Source: Macrostomum lignano | Taxonomy: Eukaryota | DNA: 27,983 nt | Direction: 5' to 3' | Assembly: GCA_002269645.1 (NCBI GenBank) | Contig: NIVC01002458.1 | Span: 1 to 27,983 of the forward strand | Part shown: one piece after another, positions 21,121 through 27,983 of the stretch | Layout: each line of letters starts with the position of its first letter | Numbering within the stretch: position 1 is the stretch's first letter | The notes under the pieces: model-generated | What the model was told of the DNA's origin: nothing | Database searches by the model: none | Seen by the model: the letters and a program-made list of their open reading frames with translations, nothing else | Made by a program: the position numbers and the translations under genes

Positions 21121-21284
21121 TCCTTCAAAAATCATTCACACAGATCGTAATCTGTATTTAAATACAATATTTAAACTTTTTTTCAGATTTAAAAGAGACT
21201 ACTCACATGCCTGCGAGTAGTAAAATGGTACATGCATATTATTATATTTACGCATCCAACTCCAACCAATGAAATTAATTGCAG

Positions 21285-21442
21285 CCAGCTACTCGCTGTC
21301 AGTGTTGGACAAGCCGCTGGATGGCCAGGACACCGTCAAGCACTATCGGATTCGCCAGCTGGACAACTGCGCTGGATTCTTCATCACCCGGAAAGCCCAG
21401 TTCTCCAGCATGCAAGAGCTGGTGGACTATTATAGCTGCCAG
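21285..21442 (+). CDS. Src42A: Src-family kinase exon 4 (SH2, second half)
   Basis: Acceptor ttgcAG at 21283-21284. Reads SYSLSVLD...[31 protein letters not shown]. Donor CAG|GTGAGT at 21443. Confidence 0.93.
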
Positions 21443-21461
21443 GTGAGTCTGCAGTGACCTA

Positions 21462-21466
21462 CAGAA

Positions 21467-21503
<37 letters not shown>

Positions 21504-22244
21504 GGCACACGGGCAGACACACAGACAGACACACACACAGACACACAGACAGACACAGACCGACACACGGACAGATACACGGGCAGACACACAGACAGAC
21601 AGACACACGGACAGATACACGGGCAGACACACAGACAGACAGACACACGGACAGACACACAGACAGACACACGTACAGACTTACGGACAGACACTCTGAC
21701 AGACACAGACACGCGGACAGACACACAGACACACGTACAGACTTACGGACAGACACTCTGACAGACACAGACACGCGGACAGACACACAGACAGACTTAC
21801 GGACAGACATATAGACAGACACACACACAGACAGACAGACACGCGGACAGACACATGGACAGACACACGGACAGACACACGTACAGACAGACAGACACAG
21901 ACACACAGACAGACACACGTACAGACTTACGGACAGACACTCTGACAGACACAGACACGCGGACAGACACACAGACACACGTACAGACTTACGGACAGAC
22001 ACTCTGACAGACACAGACACGCGGACAGACACACAGACAGACTTACGGACAGACATATAGACAGACACACACACAGACAGACAGACACGCGGACAGACAC
22101 ATGGACAGACACACGGACAGACACACGTACAGACAGTCAGACACAGACACACAGACAGACACACGTACAGACTTACGGACAGACACTCTGACAGACACAC
22201 ACCCACAGACACGCGGGCAGACACAGAGACAGACACACGTACAG
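21462..22244. repeat. (ACAG)n-derived complex repeat in Src intron 4, with a 246-bp higher-order duplication
   Basis: Identical minus-strand ORFs at 21681 and 21927 (offset 246). Confidence 0.95.
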
Positions 22245-22269
22245 AAAATCCCGCATGCCAAACCCGCAG

Positions 22270-22674
22270 GCGGGCGGTCTGTGCTGCCGACTCACCAGCG
22301 CCTGTCCCAGGCAGACTCCGGTGGTGGCGGACCTGTCCTACCGGACCAGAGGCGACATGTGGGAGATCCCGCGCCAGCAGATCAAGCTGGTCGAGCAGCT
22401 GGGCTCCGGGCAGTTCGGTGAGGTCTGGAGCGGCCTGTTCAACGAAGCCCAGGAGGTGGCCGTGAAGATGCTGAAGGGCGGCGGCATGTCCCGCGCCGAG
22501 TTCCTGAAGGAGGCCCGCATTATGAAGCGGCTGCGCCATCCGAAACTCGTGCAACTCTTCGCCGTGTGCACCGAAGGCGACCCGGTGTACATCGTCACAG
22601 AGTTGATGAGCGGCGGCTCTCTGCTGAATCACCTTCGAAATTTCAAGCCGCACCAGCTGGACTTTTCTGCCCTG
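22270..22674 (+). CDS. Src42A: Src-family kinase exon 5 (SH2-kinase linker and kinase N-lobe)
   Basis: Reads AGGLCCRL..C...LSYRTRGDMWEIPR (cf. Src42A LSHRTRDQWEI), LGSGQFGEVW, VAVKML, EFLKEA.IMKRLRHPKLVQL, YIVTELM. Donor CTG|GTGAGC at 22675. Confidence 0.95.
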
Positions 22675-22704
22675 GTGAGCTGGCATTCCGTGTGCCCAGA
22701 ATCC

Positions 22705-26082
<3,378 letters not shown>

Positions 26083-26104
26083 TGAGCTGGGCAGCTGAGA
26101 GCCA

Positions 26105-27283
26105 CGGGTAGGTTAGAGTAGCGTAGCGGTAGACAGGTAGGTTAGAGTAGCGGACAGGTAGGTTAGAGTAGCGGACAGGTAGGTTAGAGTAGCGGACAGG
26201 TAGGTTAGAGTAGCGGACAGGTAGGTTAGAGTAGCGGACAGGTAGGTTAGAGTAGCGGACAGGTAGGTTAGAGTAGCGGACAGGTAGGTTAGAGTGGAGT
26301 GCGGGAGACAGGTAGGTTAGAGTAGCGTGAAGGTAGACAGTTAGTTTAGAGTAGCGTGAAGGTAGACAGTTAGTTTAGAGTAGCGTGAAGGTAGACAGTT
26401 AGTTTAGAGTAGCGTGAAGGTAGACAGTTAGTTTAGAGTAGCGTGAAGGTAGACAGTTAGTTTAGAGTAGCGTGAAGGTAGACAATTAGTTTAGAGTAGC
26501 GTGAAGGTAGACAATTAGTTTAGAGTAGCGTGAAGGTAGACAGTTAGTTTAGAGTAGCATGAAGGTAGACAATTAGTTTAGAGTAGCGTGAAGGTAGACA
26601 GTTAGTTTAGAGTAGCATGAAGGTAGACAGTTAGTTTAGAGTAGCGTGAAGGTAGACAGTTAGTTTAGAGTAGCATGAAGGTAGACAATTAGTTTAGAGT
26701 AGCGTGAAGGTAGACAATTAGTTTAGAGTAGCGTGAAGGTAGACAATTAGTTTAGAGTAGCGTGAAGGTAGACAATTAGTTTAGAGTAGCGTGAAGGTAG
26801 ACAATTAGTTTAGAGTAGCGTGAAGGTAGACAGTTAGTTTAGAGTAGCGTGAAGGTAGACAATTAGTTTAGAGTAGCGTGAAGGTAGACAGTTAGTTTAG
26901 AGTAGCATGAAGGTAGACAATTAGTTTAGAGTAGCGTGAAGGTAGACAATTAGTTTAGAGTAGCGTGAAGGTAGACAGTTAGTTTAGAGTAGCGTGAAGG
27001 TAGACAATTAGTTTAGAGTAGCGTGAAGGTAGACAGTTAGTTTAGAGTAGCATGAAGGTAGACAATTAGTTTAGAGTAGCGTGAAGGTAGACAATTAGTT
27101 TAGAGTAGCGTGAAGGTAGACAGTTAGTTTAGAGTAGCGTGAAGGTAGACAATTAGTTTAGAGTAGCGTGAAGGTAGACAGTTAGTTTAGAGTAGCATGA
27201 AGGTAGACAATTAGTTTAGAGTAGCGTGAAGGTAGACAATTAGTTTAGAGTAGCGTGAAGGTAGACAATTAGTTTAGAGTAGC
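26105..27283. repeat. 21-bp (gacaggtaggttagagtagcg) then 29-bp (gaaggtagacagttagtttagagtagcgt) minisatellites in Src intron 6
   Basis: Two related units switching near 26330; period 29 at 26341 and 26370. Confidence 0.96.
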
Positions 27284-27340
27284 GCTCAGCGCAGTAACGC
27301 TGGGAATCAGCTCTGATGTCCCTCATCGCCCGCCTTCCAG

Positions 27341-27554
27341 ATGCCATACCCCGGCATGAGCAACACGGAGACTCTGCAGGAACTGGAGACCGGATCGGAT
27401 GCCACGGCCGGCCAACTGCTCGGAGGAGCTGTACGACATCATGCTCAACTGCTGGGATGAGACGCCTGAGGAGCGGCCAACCTTTGCTCATCTGGCGCAG
27501 TACTTTGAGGATTTTTTCCCCTCCACGGATTCCGGATATCGGGCTACTGCTGAG
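27341..27554 (+). CDS. Src42A: Src-family kinase exon 7 (C-lobe end and regulatory tail), with an apparent 2-nt deletion near 27395
   Basis: Acceptor cttccAG at 27339-27340. MPYPGMSNTETLQELETG, then after a shift RMPRPANCSEELYDIMLNCWDETPEERPTF..L...FEDFF..TDSGY. Donor-like GAG|GTGAGT at 27555 with no stop before it. Confidence 0.85.
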
Positions 27555-27562
27555 GTGAGTGG

Positions 27563-27983
27563 GGGTTCTGCCTGACCTACCTGGGACATTCGGGGGTGTC
27601 TGCCTGACCTACCTGGGACATTGGGGTGTCTGCCTGACCTACCTGGGACATTGGGGGTGTCTGCCTGACCTACCTGGGACATTGGGGTGTCTGCCTAGCT
27701 ACTGGGACATTGGGGGTGTCTGCCTGACCTACCTGGACATTGGGGTGTCTGCCTGACCTACCTGGGACATTGGGGTGTCTGCCTGACCTACCTGGGACAT
27801 TGGGGGTGTCTGCCTGACTACCTGGGACATTGGGGGTGTCTGCCTGACCTACCTGGGACATTGGGGTGTCTGCCTGACCTACTGGGACATTGGGGTGTCT
27901 GCCTGAGCTACCTGGGACATTGGGGGTGTCTGCCTGACCTACCTGGACATTGGGGGTGTCTGCCTGACCTACCTGGGACATTG
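27563..27983. repeat. ~30-bp minisatellite (gtctgcctgacctacctgggacattggggt) after Src exon 7
   Basis: About 14 units running to the window end. Confidence 0.96.

Overview
Eukaryotic (animal) genomic DNA, not prokaryotic. It holds four intron-containing genes, all on the + strand: (1) the 3' end of a neuropathy target esterase/swiss-cheese (PNPLA6/7) patatin phospholipase, (2) a two-exon PRELI/Ups1-family lipid transfer protein (PRELID1-like), (3) a three-exon PGAM5 mitochondrial phosphatase, and (4) a Src42A/FRK-type SH3-SH2 tyrosine kinase with 7 exons here, probably continuing past the window end. Almost every intron and intergenic gap is filled with its own minisatellite, about two thirds of the Src gene span by my estimate. 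This style, with GC-rich exons and polyA/Q/N tracts, suggests a repeat-rich invertebrate such as the flatworm Macrostomum; that is an inference I cannot verify. Nearly all long ORFs in the supplied track are repeat artefacts. Also present are a hAT (Charlie/Buster-like) non-autonomous element, a second TIR element, and four small deletions that break coding frames (assembly error or decay). The most unusual signal is that many intronic minisatellite units are built from splice signals (branch point-pyrimidine tract-AG, AG|GTGAGT, CAG|GT, or their antisense), and some exons are flanked by mutually complementary arrays. I found no clearly novel protein system; the splicing-related repeat architecture is a hypothesis that needs RNA data.
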